NCBI GenBank assembly: GCA_017549565.1
Contig: JAFYUI010000028.1
Location: forward strand, 41,788-105,787
From: Clostridia bacterium
GTDB taxonomy: Bacteria > Bacillota > Clostridia > Oscillospirales > Acutalibacteraceae
DNA length: 64,000 bases
Reading direction: 5' to 3'
Shown: one piece after another, positions 48,601 through 57,725 of the stretch
Layout: every line of letters begins with the position of its first letter
Position numbering within the stretch: the stretch's first letter is position 1
Made by a program: the position numbers and the translations under genes
Notes under the pieces: model-generated
Databases searched by the model: none
Told to the model about the DNA's origin: nothing
What the model saw: only the letters and a program-made list of their open reading frames with translations

Positions 48601-50373
48601 TTAATTGCCTTTATTCTTTTTATTGATAATATCCTGAAGCTGTGCCGCCCAATCTTCAACGGTTGTTTCAGATGGGTTGGCGGCATTTAAAAGCATATTC
48701 TCTTCTAATATTACCGAAATGCAGTCTTTTAATACGGCTTTGGGGCTGTTACCGCCCTTATTGCCGTTTTGAAGTGATACTAAATAGCCGACCTCGGCGG
48801 GTAAAAGTGTTTGTGCAAAAACTGAAATATCCGAATTTTTGCCGTTTTCAAGGGTTTCAATTATAAGCTCATAAATCCGCCTGTTTAGTGAGGTTATCAT
48901 TTTATCACTTGGTAAATTTTCTTTAACCTCGTTATAAAAATCGGGATGGTTAAGCAAAATTGAAATAACCGTTTCCTCGGCAGCGGTGCCTTTTATTGAG
49001 CGGCGCCTGTCGGGGTTTAGGTCATCCTTTGAAAATTTGGGGTGAATCACATTATTTATTTCGGCCTTTCGCTGTGTGCGAACATTCTTTTTGCGAAGCT
49101 CGTCCACCCTTGCATTTAAAGCGGTGCGCGAAACACCGTATTTGTCAGAAAGTCGGCCGATATAAATATCTCTTGCCATAACATCATCGGTTGTGGCGAT
49201 AATTTCGGCCGCCGCACTTAAAAATTTAAGCCGCCCATCATCGGAATTTAAATCAAGCCCGTCAGCAGCCATTAAAAGCTTATATTCTATATCGCTTACT
49301 GCACCTTCTAAAAGTGCTTTAAAGCGGTCGGGGCCGTTAGCTTTAATATATTCATCGGGGTCCTTTCCGTTTGGAATTACCACAACCCTTACCGAAAGGC
49401 CTGTGTTTTCCAAAATCGAACTTGCCCTTTTAATTGCTTTTTGCCCTGCGGCATCGGCATCAAGCATTAAAACAATTTCCTTTGTGTAGCGAGCAATTAA
49501 ATTTGCCTGCTCGCTTGTAAAGGCGGTGCCTAAAGGGGCCACAACATTTTCGAAGCCCGCTTGGTGAAGGGATATAACATCCATATTACCTTCAACCAAA
49601 ATTATTCTGTCGGCGCAATGGCTTTTTGCAAAATTGATGCCAAAAAGGTTTTCGCTCTTTTTATAAACAGGCGTGTCAGAGGTATTTACATACTTGCCGC
49701 CTTTTTTCTCATCCTCGGGAAGTGCACGACCGCTAAAGCCGATTATATTGCCCCTTATGTTTATTATGGGGAACATTAAGCGCTTTCTAAAACGGTCATA
49801 GTAACTGCCCCTGTCGCTTTTGCCAACAACATTTGCCGTTACCATATCACCAATAGAATAGCCCTTTGACTTTAAGTGATTTATTAAAGCGTCCCAACTG
49901 TCGGGTGCGGCACCAAGTCCAAAATGCTTAATTGTTTTAGGTGACAGCCCACGCTTTAAATAATAATCAAGCGCCCATTTGCCGCTATCGCCCATTAAAT
50001 AGTTGTGAAAAAACTTTGCGGTTTCACGGTTTATGTCATAAACGGTGTTTTTCACCCGTTGCATAGTGTCGTCATATCCGTCCTGCGGAAGCTGAACATT
50101 GCTGCGTTCTGCCAAAAGTTTTATCGATTCAATATAATCAAGGTTTTCTATAAGCGAAGTAAAGGTGATAACATCACCACCGACACCACAGCCATAGCAG
50201 TAAAATGAGCCACTTTCAGGATAAACAGTAAAGGACGGGGTTTTTTCACTATGGAATGGGCAAAGACCAACAAGGTTTTTACCGCGTCGCTTTAAATTTG
50301 AATATTGTGAAATAACTGTTTCAATATCGTTTCTATATTTAATCTCGCTTATAACCTCTTCAGGTATTGCCAT
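48601..50373 (-). CDS. dnaG: DNA primase DnaG
   Basis: 590 aa. Zinc ribbon [13 protein letters not shown]...CYGCG, TOPRIM ([17 protein letters not shown]), C-terminal helicase-interaction domain. Confidence 0.96.
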   Translation of the reverse strand: MAIPEEVISEIKYRNDIETVISQYSNLKRRGKNLVGLCPFHSEKTPSFTVYPESGSFYCYGCGVGGDVITFTSLIENLDYIESIKLLAERSNVQLPQDGYDDTMQRVKNTVYDINRETAKFFHNYLMGDSGKWALDYYLKRGLSPKTIKHFGLGAAPDSWDALINHLKSKGYSIGDMVTANVVGKSDRGSYYDRFRKRLMFPIINIRGNIIGFSGRALPEDEKKGGKYVNTSDTPVYKKSENLFGINFAKSHCADRIILVEGNMDVISLHQAGFENVVAPLGTAFTSEQANLIARYTKEIVLMLDADAAGQKAIKRASSILENTGLSVRVVVIPNGKDPDEYIKANGPDRFKALLEGAVSDIEYKLLMAADGLDLNSDDGRLKFLSAAAEIIATTDDVMARDIYIGRLSDKYGVSRTALNARVDELRKKNVRTQRKAEINNVIHPKFSKDDLNPDRRRSIKGTAAEETVISILLNHPDFYNEVKENLPSDKMITSLNRRIYELIIETLENGKNSDISVFAQTLLPAEVGYLVSLQNGNKGGNSPKAVLKDCISVILEENMLLNAANPSETTVEDWAAQLQDIINKKNKGN

Positions 50374-50404
50374 AAACCCACCACCTTTTCAAATTTTTTA
50401 AAAA

Positions 50405-51403
50405 TTAAATTGACCAACCTTTTGGAATATAAATGTTAGAATAAACCGTAACGGCATAATGGTCGGTCATACCGGCGATATAGTCGCATATAGCGCGGTC
50501 AAGCCCGTCGGTTTCAATAATTCTTTGATATTCCTCACCCATTTTTTGCGGGTGCAAAAGTAAATCCTTATAAATACCCTCAACAATGCCTAAAACCTTG
50601 CTTTCTTCGGCTTTTGCAGCGGGGTTTAAATAAACATTTTTATATAAAAATTCGTGCAAGTTATCATAATGCTTAAAGATGCCTTCATCCATTGCAATAT
50701 CATCCTTGCTATTTTCAACCACCGAATTTAAAAGGGTTGTTATACGCTGTGTTTTGGTGTGCCCCAAATTATCACGAATTTCTTTTGGTATATCTTCGTT
50801 CGAAATAACCCCTGCACGAACTGCGTCATCAATGTCGTGATTTATGTAAGCAATTCTATCAGCAAAGCGCACTAATTTACCCTCTAAGGTGTGTGCCCAT
50901 TCACCGCGTGTATGGTGCTTAATACCGTCCAAAACCTCGGCAGTTAAATTAAGACCTCTACCCTCTTTTTCAAGTATTTCACAAACACGAACGCTTTGGT
51001 CAAAGTGGGTGAAATCGAAAGGCATTATGTCATTTAGTGCCCTTTCGCCCGCATGACCAAAGGGGGTGTGACCTAAATCGTGACCCAAAGCAATTGCTTC
51101 GGTTAAATCTTCATTAAGGCGCAAAGCACGAGCAAGTGTACGGGCTATTTGCGAAACCTCTAATGTATGTGTTAAACGGGTGCGGTAATGGTCAGATTCA
51201 GGGGATAAAAACACCTGTGTTTTATGTTTTAATCGCCTAAATGCTTTTGAATGGATAATTCTGTCCCTGTCACGCTGAAAATCGGTACGAAGATTGCATT
51301 TTTCCTCTTCCCTTTTTCTGCCCTGTGTATTAGCACTTAAAGTGGCATATTGTGACAGCATTTGCTTTTCATTGTTTTCGGTTATAATTCTTACACATTC
51401 CAC
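50405..51403 (-). CDS. dgt: dGTP triphosphohydrolase-like HD-domain protein
   Basis: 332 aa. FQRDRDRIIHSKAFRRL, HD motif RLTHTLEV...HDLGHTPFGH. GTG start 8 nt after GGAGG. Conserved position upstream of dnaG-rpoD. Confidence 0.9.
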   Translation of the reverse strand: MECVRIITENNEKQMLSQYATLSANTQGRKREEEKCNLRTDFQRDRDRIIHSKAFRRLKHKTQVFLSPESDHYRTRLTHTLEVSQIARTLARALRLNEDLTEAIALGHDLGHTPFGHAGERALNDIMPFDFTHFDQSVRVCEILEKEGRGLNLTAEVLDGIKHHTRGEWAHTLEGKLVRFADRIAYINHDIDDAVRAGVISNEDIPKEIRDNLGHTKTQRITTLLNSVVENSKDDIAMDEGIFKHYDNLHEFLYKNVYLNPAAKAEESKVLGIVEGIYKDLLLHPQKMGEEYQRIIETDGLDRAICDYIAGMTDHYAVTVYSNIYIPKGWSI

Positions 51404-51452
51404 ATTATTCGCCTCCTATATAGTAATATTAGCAAAAAAATCTTAAATTCCT

Positions 51453-52079
51453 TTATTTTTTTAAAAAAGGCAATAAAATTTTCTCTTTTTCCTCTAAAAC
51501 AAGGCGTGCCGAAAAGGTTTCACGCAGTTTTTCTTTAAAATTTTCAAAAAATTCTTCTTTTAAAACAAACTTTATTGTTATCTTTTCAGTATATTCGGTA
51601 TCTTTAATTTCGCCATCACTTTCAGCAATGAGCTTTTGCAGAGTTGTTAAATCAGCATATTCGCAAACTATTTCACAACTAACACCCGAAAGCATAACAT
51701 AAACCTCGGACGACTGCAAAACATCCTGTGTGGCCTTTGAATAGGCGCGCACCAAACCGCCTGTACCCAACAAAATGCCACCAAAATAACGGGTTACAAC
51801 CACTGCGATATTGGTTATACCGCTGCCCTGTATACAGTCAAGCATTGGTTTTCCGGCAGTGCCGTGTGGCTCACCATCATCCGAAAAGCGACACATACGG
51901 CCGCCCTCAACCGAATAGGCATAAACATTGTGTCGTGCATCCCAATATTTTGCCTTCATTTCCTTAACAAAGTTGTTGGCCTCTTCTTCGGTTTCGCAAT
52001 GGCGAAGGGTTGCAATAAAGCGTGAACGCTTTTCAACATATTCGGTTTCATTTTGCTTAAAAACGGTTTGAAAACTCAA
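51453..52079 (-). CDS. yigZ: YigZ/IMPACT family protein
   Basis: 208 aa. EKRSRFIA, ARHNVYAY, EPHGTAGKPML, VVVTRYFGGILLG. TTG start. Confidence 0.88.
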   Translation of the reverse strand: MSFQTVFKQNETEYVEKRSRFIATLRHCETEEEANNFVKEMKAKYWDARHNVYAYSVEGGRMCRFSDDGEPHGTAGKPMLDCIQGSGITNIAVVVTRYFGGILLGTGGLVRAYSKATQDVLQSSEVYVMLSGVSCEIVCEYADLTTLQKLIAESDGEIKDTEYTEKITIKFVLKEEFFENFKEKLRETFSARLVLEEKEKILLPFLKK

Positions 52080-52110
52080 AACCCAACACCACCTTTTTAA
52101 AAGTTAAACA

Positions 52111-52881
52111 TTATTTTCTAAGTTTCTGACAATACTGTGTGCAAAGTTTGTCAGTGCAATTTGAACATTTAAGCGCATCGTTTGAAAATTCCCAAAAACG
52201 TTCGGGATATATGATTATTGAAAGTTCCCACACAAGCATTATTACAAGCGATATAGCAAATAACGACCACCCGTAAAAGCCCACCAAAAACATTAATGGA
52301 CTAAACATCATAAAATGGTCCCAATTAAAAATACGGCAGGTTGTGCAACAACGATTTTTTAATATCAATCTAAAAGGACACCATATTAAAACACAAATTA
52401 AGTCGCAAACATAAAAAGCGACTGAACACAAAAGCAATATTTCTTTGCTAATAACATCGAAAAAATAAAGTAACCCGATTGTTGCAACCAACAACGCCCA
52501 CAAAAGCATAACCACGCCTGCCGCCGCAGTTGTGGTTTCGATATGTTTTTTAAGCGCAGTGCGATTAATTTTCTCTCTTATGGGGCGAAAGCGTTGTTTA
52601 AAAAGTTTTTGCGAACCAAGCGAAATTTCATTTTTTATGGGCATAAATTGAAGTATCATATCAATAAGCCATATTACCCACAAAATATGAAGAAGTGAAA
52701 ACTTTTTAAAAAAGTTAAGTCCTTGCAAAACTTCAAATTCGTTCGGTGCTACAAATAAAAGAACAACGCAAACCGCAAAAATAACAGACCTTGCCACAAG
52801 ACGTGCTATATATTTTTTTCTAAGCGGTGAAACGGGTGGCTTTTCTTTATTTTCAATTCCCGTGCAGTTAGTCCTCGCCAT
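52111..52881 (-). CDS. hypothetical polytopic membrane protein with cysteine clusters
   Basis: 256 aa, about 5-6 TM. CPFRLILKNRCCTTCRIFNWDH and C-terminal CSNCTDKLCTQYC. RBS GGGGA. No family recognised. Confidence 0.6.
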   Translation of the reverse strand: MARTNCTGIENKEKPPVSPLRKKYIARLVARSVIFAVCVVLLFVAPNEFEVLQGLNFFKKFSLLHILWVIWLIDMILQFMPIKNEISLGSQKLFKQRFRPIREKINRTALKKHIETTTAAAGVVMLLWALLVATIGLLYFFDVISKEILLLCSVAFYVCDLICVLIWCPFRLILKNRCCTTCRIFNWDHFMMFSPLMFLVGFYGWSLFAISLVIMLVWELSIIIYPERFWEFSNDALKCSNCTDKLCTQYCQKLRK

Positions 52882-52920
52882 TGCTTATCCCCTTGCCTAA
52901 CATTTTTGAACCATATATAG

Positions 52921-52957
52921 AAAAAATCCGCAGCCGCCTTACCGGCAGTTGCGGAAA
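52921..52957 (-). terminator. intrinsic terminator after rpmE
   Basis: Minus strand TCCGCAACTGCC-GGTAA-GGCGGCTGCGGATTTTTT. Confidence 0.8.
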
Positions 52958-52967
52958 TAAAGGTAAA

Positions 52968-53171
52968 TTATTTATTGATGTTGAAACGCTTGTTAAATCT
53001 ATCAACGCGTCCGCCGGTATCTACCAATTTTTGCTTACCGGTAAAAAACGGATGACATTTAGAGCAAATATCCAAACGGATGTCCTTTTTAGTAGAACGA
53101 GTTTCAAACTCGGCACCACAAGCGCACTTAACTGTTACCTTTTCATACTCAGGATGAATTCCTTGTTTCAT
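52968..53171 (-). CDS. rpmE: 50S ribosomal protein L31 (zinc-binding type A)
   Basis: 67 aa. MKQGIHPEY..., CxC...CxxC. ATG at 53171 follows GGGAGTGA; the track's 21-aa extension is rejected. Confidence 0.95.
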   Translation of the reverse strand: MKQGIHPEYEKVTVKCACGAEFETRSTKKDIRLDICSKCHPFFTGKQKLVDTGGRVDRFNKRFNINK

Positions 53172-53241
53172 CTTGGTCACTCCCTTCCATAACGATAGCC
53201 AAATTATAATAGCACAAAATAATTTAAAATGCAAGTGTTTT

Positions 53242-53841
53242 TTAACGATTTATATAATTTTTTATTTTTTCGTAAATTTCAACCGTCTTAAACCGCATTA
53301 TATATCGTTTTCCACCCCTGGCAATTTGGGCCGATTCGTTTTTTACGCTGTCAGTTAAATCACCCTTTATTGCGGCAGAAATGCAAACTGTCGGATAAAC
53401 TACACACCACCAATTTTTACCGCCACCCTCACCCAAGGTGATAATAAGGGAATCATATTCCCCAGCAGGTAATGTGAAATCATCATAATAGCGGGTGGAA
53501 AAATCACTTTTACCAAATGATGCCGTTGCGGTATAATCAAAGCCGTTTTCTTTTATAACCTTGTTTGCAATTTCGTTAAACAAATCAAGATTTTGCTTTA
53601 CCGTTTCTTCGGCAATTTCTAAATCGTTACAATTTAAAAATAAATCGCCAGTTTCATTTAAAATTTCATCCCTAATTTTAAGCTTTAAATTTTGGTCGGC
53701 GCTGCTGTCAGAATTTGCGATAATATGTAATCGCAAAACATTTTGCCTTAAATCGTCACAAGCAGCACTAAAATGCGAAACCGATAAAAGCAAAGCACAA
53801 ATTAAACCAAAAGCAACTGATAACTCTATTCTTTTTTTCAT
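53242..53841 (-). CDS. spoIIR: stage II sporulation protein R
   Basis: Signal anchor followed by [22 protein letters not shown] at 53841 follows AGGAG; the longer track ORF would overlap ispE. Confidence 0.88.
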   Translation of the reverse strand: MKKRIELSVAFGLICALLLSVSHFSAACDDLRQNVLRLHIIANSDSSADQNLKLKIRDEILNETGDLFLNCNDLEIAEETVKQNLDLFNEIANKVIKENGFDYTATASFGKSDFSTRYYDDFTLPAGEYDSLIITLGEGGGKNWWCVVYPTVCISAAIKGDLTDSVKNESAQIARGGKRYIMRFKTVEIYEKIKNYINR

Positions 53842-53896
53842 TTTTAAAAATCTCCTTATCAAGTTATGTAATGATAATTGACAAGAAGTAAAAAAA

Positions 53897-54730
53897 TTAT
53901 TCAAACTCTAACGAACTTTGCGTTGGGGCGCAAACCCAAACGGGAATATTCTTTTCTTTTAATGCCCTTTCGGCTGATTTTGCATCTTCAAAAGTTTCAT
54001 AAATTCCAAACCATGTGGGGCCACTTCCCGTAAGGGCAACTGCCTTTGCATTAGTTTTTAAAAGTTCGCACTTTACAAAGCTATTCTCCCACAAAACTTG
54101 AAATGAATTAGAAAGGTTTTTTGAAAGCTCTTCTAAGTTATTTTCACTAATTGCTAAAAGCACTTTATCATTATCTGCCAATACAATATCACGGCAGTCC
54201 AACTGCTTATACATTTCAGCAGTTGATGGCTTTGTTTCAGCTTTTGCCAATAAAATATAACCCTTTTCAAGCGGTTTTTTATGGGTTAAAATCTCGCCTA
54301 TACCCTCGCTTCTCATACATCCGCCCTTTATGAAAAAAGGCACGTCTGCGCCAAGCTTTACCGCCAAATCGCAAAGGTCTTCATACGAAAGACCTGCATT
54401 ATATATTTTATTAAGGGCCACAAGCACCGCAGCAGCATCGGCACTGCCACCACCAAGCCCTGCACTTAACGGAATATTCTTTACAATTTTAATATCGCAA
54501 CCGCCGCAAATCCCTGTTTTTTTGAAAAACAAATTTGCCGCTTTAAATGCAATATTATCTTCCTGTGGCATATCACCACATATCACCGAAATGTTATCGG
54601 CTTTTTCAATAAAAATCGTGTCATAAAGCCCAACCGAATGCATAACAGTATCAATCAAATGATAGCCGTCATCCCTTTTGCCGCAAATAGACAGTGAAAA
54701 ATTTATTTTTGCATTTGCTTTGATTTTCAT
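53897..54730 (-). CDS. ispE: 4-(cytidine 5'-diphospho)-2-C-methyl-D-erythritol kinase
   Basis: GHMP kinase. KANAKINFSL, PLSAGLGGGSADAAA motif. ATG at 54730 is 7 nt after GGTGG. Confidence 0.93.
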   Translation of the reverse strand: MKIKANAKINFSLSICGKRDDGYHLIDTVMHSVGLYDTIFIEKADNISVICGDMPQEDNIAFKAANLFFKKTGICGGCDIKIVKNIPLSAGLGGGSADAAAVLVALNKIYNAGLSYEDLCDLAVKLGADVPFFIKGGCMRSEGIGEILTHKKPLEKGYILLAKAETKPSTAEMYKQLDCRDIVLADNDKVLLAISENNLEELSKNLSNSFQVLWENSFVKCELLKTNAKAVALTGSGPTWFGIYETFEDAKSAERALKEKNIPVWVCAPTQSSLEFE

Positions 54731-54744
54731 TTTCACGCCACCTT

Positions 54745-54776
54745 AAAAGAAACGCCGCACCCAAACGGATACGGCG
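54745..54776 (-). terminator. terminator-like hairpin immediately upstream of the ispE RBS
   Basis: Minus strand CGCCGTATC-CGTTTG-GGTGCGGCG followed by TTTCTTTT. 9-bp stem including 2 G-U pairs. Confidence 0.5.
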
Positions 54777-54853
54777 ATAAGTAAAACTTAAAATACAGGT
54801 TACCTTATCACCTGAATTTTATTTTAAATAAATAATGCGATTATGTCAAGAAA

Positions 54854-55873
54854 TTAGTTATTTACCTTGTGGCAATAGCCATAGCTTTTTTCGGTTAGTG
54901 GCTCAAAGGTGTATCCCATCTTTTTAAGCCCCTCTAAAATTTGGGGCAATGCTTCAACCGTAGCTTTTTTACTGCTTATATCGTGCATTAAAACACAAAT
55001 AGAATCCTTTTTGGCAGCTGCGTTTAAAACATTATCAGTAATGCTTTTGGCGGTTACACCCTTGCTTGCAGCATCGCCGGAGTCTACATTCCAGTCAAAA
55101 TAAGCATAGCCCTGAATTCTAACCTGATTTGTAAGCCGTGTCATAATGCCTTTACAAATGCTTTTAGAAACCTTGTTACTTCCGCCGCCCGGAAAGCGAA
55201 TAACCTTTGAGCGTATACCTGTTATATTATAAACCTTATCCGACAAGGCATTTAAATCCTTAAAATATGCATCTGTGCTTTTGTAAATAGTGGCATATTT
55301 ATGTGTGTTTGAATGAAGACCTATTGTATGTCCCTTTTCGACAATTTTAGGCAAATACTGAAGCTTCGAGCTCCCCACAACAAAAAATGTTGCCTTTGCA
55401 TTATATTTATCTAAAATATCTAAAATTTCAAGCGTTCTGTCAGATGGACCGTCGTCAAAGGTTAAATAACAAACCTTGTTTTTAGGGGCGACAGTTGGCT
55501 GTGGTGAATTTTGTGTTGCCAAAACGGCCTCGGCCTGAATAAGTTTTTTCTTGTTAACGCTATCTAAAAGCTTTTTTTGGTCTTTAACCTGCTTTTCAAG
55601 TTCTGTAACCGTTTCCTTCATCTTATCAAGCTCACCTTGAAGCGAACTGTTTTGTTTTTGAAGGTCGTCGTTCTTTTTGCTTATTTCTTCGTAAAGGTCG
55701 ACCTTTTCCTGCATATTTAAAATTGCATCGTCAACCTTTTTTTCAAGCCTTGCATTTTGCACTGTCATAACAATAGAAAAAGTACCGACCGCAATAAGCA
55801 AAACCGCCAAAACCGACACAAAAATTAAAAACAGTGATGTTTTAACATATTTTTTCAAATTTTCATCTCCCAA
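54854..55873 (-). CDS. polysaccharide deacetylase (CE4 NodB-type) with N-terminal TM anchor and coiled coil
   Basis: TFDDGP and HSNTH motifs. A more likely start is the TTG at 55858 (MKKYVKTSLFLIF...) behind GGGAGA. Confidence 0.88.
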   Translation of the reverse strand: MGDENLKKYVKTSLFLIFVSVLAVLLIAVGTFSIVMTVQNARLEKKVDDAILNMQEKVDLYEEISKKNDDLQKQNSSLQGELDKMKETVTELEKQVKDQKKLLDSVNKKKLIQAEAVLATQNSPQPTVAPKNKVCYLTFDDGPSDRTLEILDILDKYNAKATFFVVGSSKLQYLPKIVEKGHTIGLHSNTHKYATIYKSTDAYFKDLNALSDKVYNITGIRSKVIRFPGGGSNKVSKSICKGIMTRLTNQVRIQGYAYFDWNVDSGDAASKGVTAKSITDNVLNAAAKKDSICVLMHDISSKKATVEALPQILEGLKKMGYTFEPLTEKSYGYCHKVNN

Positions 55874-56030
55874 AGTTCATAATATGATTATAGCAAATAA
55901 ATTATTATAATGCTATTACAAAATATTACAAATTTCGATAACAAATTATTACAATTACTGTATAAATTTAAAAGTTGAAAAAATTAAAGCTTTATGTTAC
56001 AATAACACTATAATCATTTTGGAGGTTTTT

Positions 56031-56888
56031 ATGGCTGATATAATTATTACTTGTGATTCTACCGCTGATTTACCACGCGAAATATGTGAAAAATATAATA
56101 TCCCGGTTATTCCGCTTGGCGTAACCTTGGGTGATAAAACCTATTTAGACGGTGTTGACATTACACCTGATGAGGTTTATGCCCACCACGCAAAAACAGG
56201 TGAATTACCTAAAACCACCGCTGCAAATGTTGGTGATTTTATTGACTTCTTTACCCCCATTGTAAACGAAGGCAAAACCATTATCCACTTCCCCATTTCT
56301 TCTGAAATGTCTTCTACCTACAACAATGCACTTATTGCCGCAAGCGAGTTTGAAAATATTCATATAATCGATTCTCGCAACCTTTCAAGCGGTATTGGTC
56401 TTATTGTTTTAGCTGCTGTAGAAATGGTGCGAAGCGGTATGAGTGCTGAAGAAATTGTAGAAAAAGCAACCGAGCTTACAAAATGCTCCGACGCTTCTTT
56501 TGTTATCGACAATCTTGAATATTTGCACAAAGGTGGCAGATGCTCGGCTGTGGCAATGCTTGGTGCAAACCTTTTAAAATTAAAGCCCTGCATTGATGTT
56601 ACAAACGGTAAAATGGATGTTAGCAAAAAATATCGTGGCAAATACGGTGAAGTATTAAAGCAATATGTTGCAGAACGCCTTGCAGATATCCAAAACATTG
56701 ATTTAACCCGCATTTTTGTAACACACGCCGGTTGCAGCGATGAAATTGTTAATGCCGTTTACGAACAGGTTAAAGCTACTGCCAACTTTAAAGAAATTAT
56801 TGTTAACCGTGCCGGCTGTACCATTTCTTCACACTGCGGTGCTGACACCTTGGGCATTCTTTTCATCAGAAAGTCACCCAAAGCATAA
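56031..56888 (+). CDS. DegV family fatty-acid-binding protein
   Basis: MADIIITCDSTADLP N-terminus. ATG at 56031 follows GGAGG; the track start at 56019 is a TTG that overlaps the RBS. Confidence 0.9.
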   Translation: MADIIITCDSTADLPREICEKYNIPVIPLGVTLGDKTYLDGVDITPDEVYAHHAKTGELPKTTAANVGDFIDFFTPIVNEGKTIIHFPISSEMSSTYNNALIAASEFENIHIIDSRNLSSGIGLIVLAAVEMVRSGMSAEEIVEKATELTKCSDASFVIDNLEYLHKGGRCSAVAMLGANLLKLKPCIDVTNGKMDVSKKYRGKYGEVLKQYVAERLADIQNIDLTRIFVTHAGCSDEIVNAVYEQVKATANFKEIIVNRAGCTISSHCGADTLGILFIRKSPKA

Positions 56889-56989
56889 TTTTGCATAGTA
56901 TATTGCAGGGGGCATTTCAGGATATCCTGCATATCGGCGGCAAAAATGTTTTTGTCCTTTGAATAACCGATTTTCCCCTTTATATAAAC

Positions 56990-57024
56990 GAAACCACCCG
57001 AATTTTCAGGTGGTTTCTTTTTTT
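56990..57024 (+). terminator. intrinsic terminator for degV; the hairpin overlaps the 3' end of convergent pflA
   Basis: GAAACCACC-CGAATTTTCA-GGTGGTTTCTTTTTTT. The pflA stop codon (57006-57008) lies in the loop. Confidence 0.8.
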
Positions 57025-57725
57025 ATCATATTATTAAGCTTTTGCTGTAAGTGACTTATATCCCCTGCCGACTCATAAATATCGAACAAAAACGGGATAT
57101 TTAAAGCATCATACTTTGTTTTGCAAATTTTCTTAAAGGGTAAAAGCTCAACCGATTCAATGCACGGATTATTTTTAACAATTTCACATAACTTTTTAAG
57201 ATTTTCATTATTATCGTTAAGTGTTGGCACAATAACCTGGCGAATTCTTACCTTTTTGTTTTTGCGGTTTAACATTTCCAAAAATTCAAGGGGCTTATCA
57301 ATAGAACAGCCGATATATTTTAAATAATCACTATCGTTTGTAAACTTAATGTCAAGCATTATATAATCGCTTAAATCAATAAGCTTTTCGACATTTTCGT
57401 TTATAATACAGCCGCTTGTATCAAGACATGTGTTAATACCGTTTTGCTTACACTTTGCAAAAATCTCGGCTGCAAATTCAGCTTGTAAAAGTGGCTCGCC
57501 GCCCGAAAGGGTTATGCCGCCCTCGGCCCCGAAATATTCCTTAAAGCGAATTGTTTTATTAACTATTTCATCAGCAGAATATTTTGTGCCGCCTTTTACA
57601 GCTTGGGTTTCGGGGTTGTGACAATAACCGCACCGGAGCGGACAGCCCTGTAAAAACGCCACAAAGCGCACCCCCGGGCCATCAAGTGTACCCATTGACT
57701 GAATTGAGCTTACAAAACCGTCCAT
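57006..57725 (-). CDS. pflA: pyruvate formate-lyase activating enzyme (radical SAM)
   Basis: 239 aa. GPGVRFVAFLQGCPLRCGYCHNPE CxxxCxxC cluster. 1-nt overlap with the pflB stop. Confidence 0.95.
   Translation of the reverse strand: MDGFVSSIQSMGTLDGPGVRFVAFLQGCPLRCGYCHNPETQAVKGGTKYSADEIVNKTIRFKEYFGAEGGITLSGGEPLLQAEFAAEIFAKCKQNGINTCLDTSGCIINENVEKLIDLSDYIMLDIKFTNDSDYLKYIGCSIDKPLEFLEMLNRKNKKVRIRQVIVPTLNDNNENLKKLCEIVKNNPCIESVELLPFKKICKTKYDALNIPFLFDIYESAGDISHLQQKLNNMIKKETT

Noticed and set aside
50405-51403. HD-domain dGTPase as a possible anti-phage dNTP-depletion defence gene
   Set aside because: It occupies the conserved housekeeping position directly upstream of dnaG-rpoD. There are no neighbouring defence or mobile genes, so nothing suggests an accessory defence role.
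56905-56931. 12-bp perfect palindrome CAGGATATCCTG nested in TGCAGG...CCTGCA downstream of degV
   Set aside because: It is a single isolated palindrome in a convergent intergenic region ahead of the real terminator. No associated promoter or gene is present, so it is likely fortuitous or a minor RNA hairpin.
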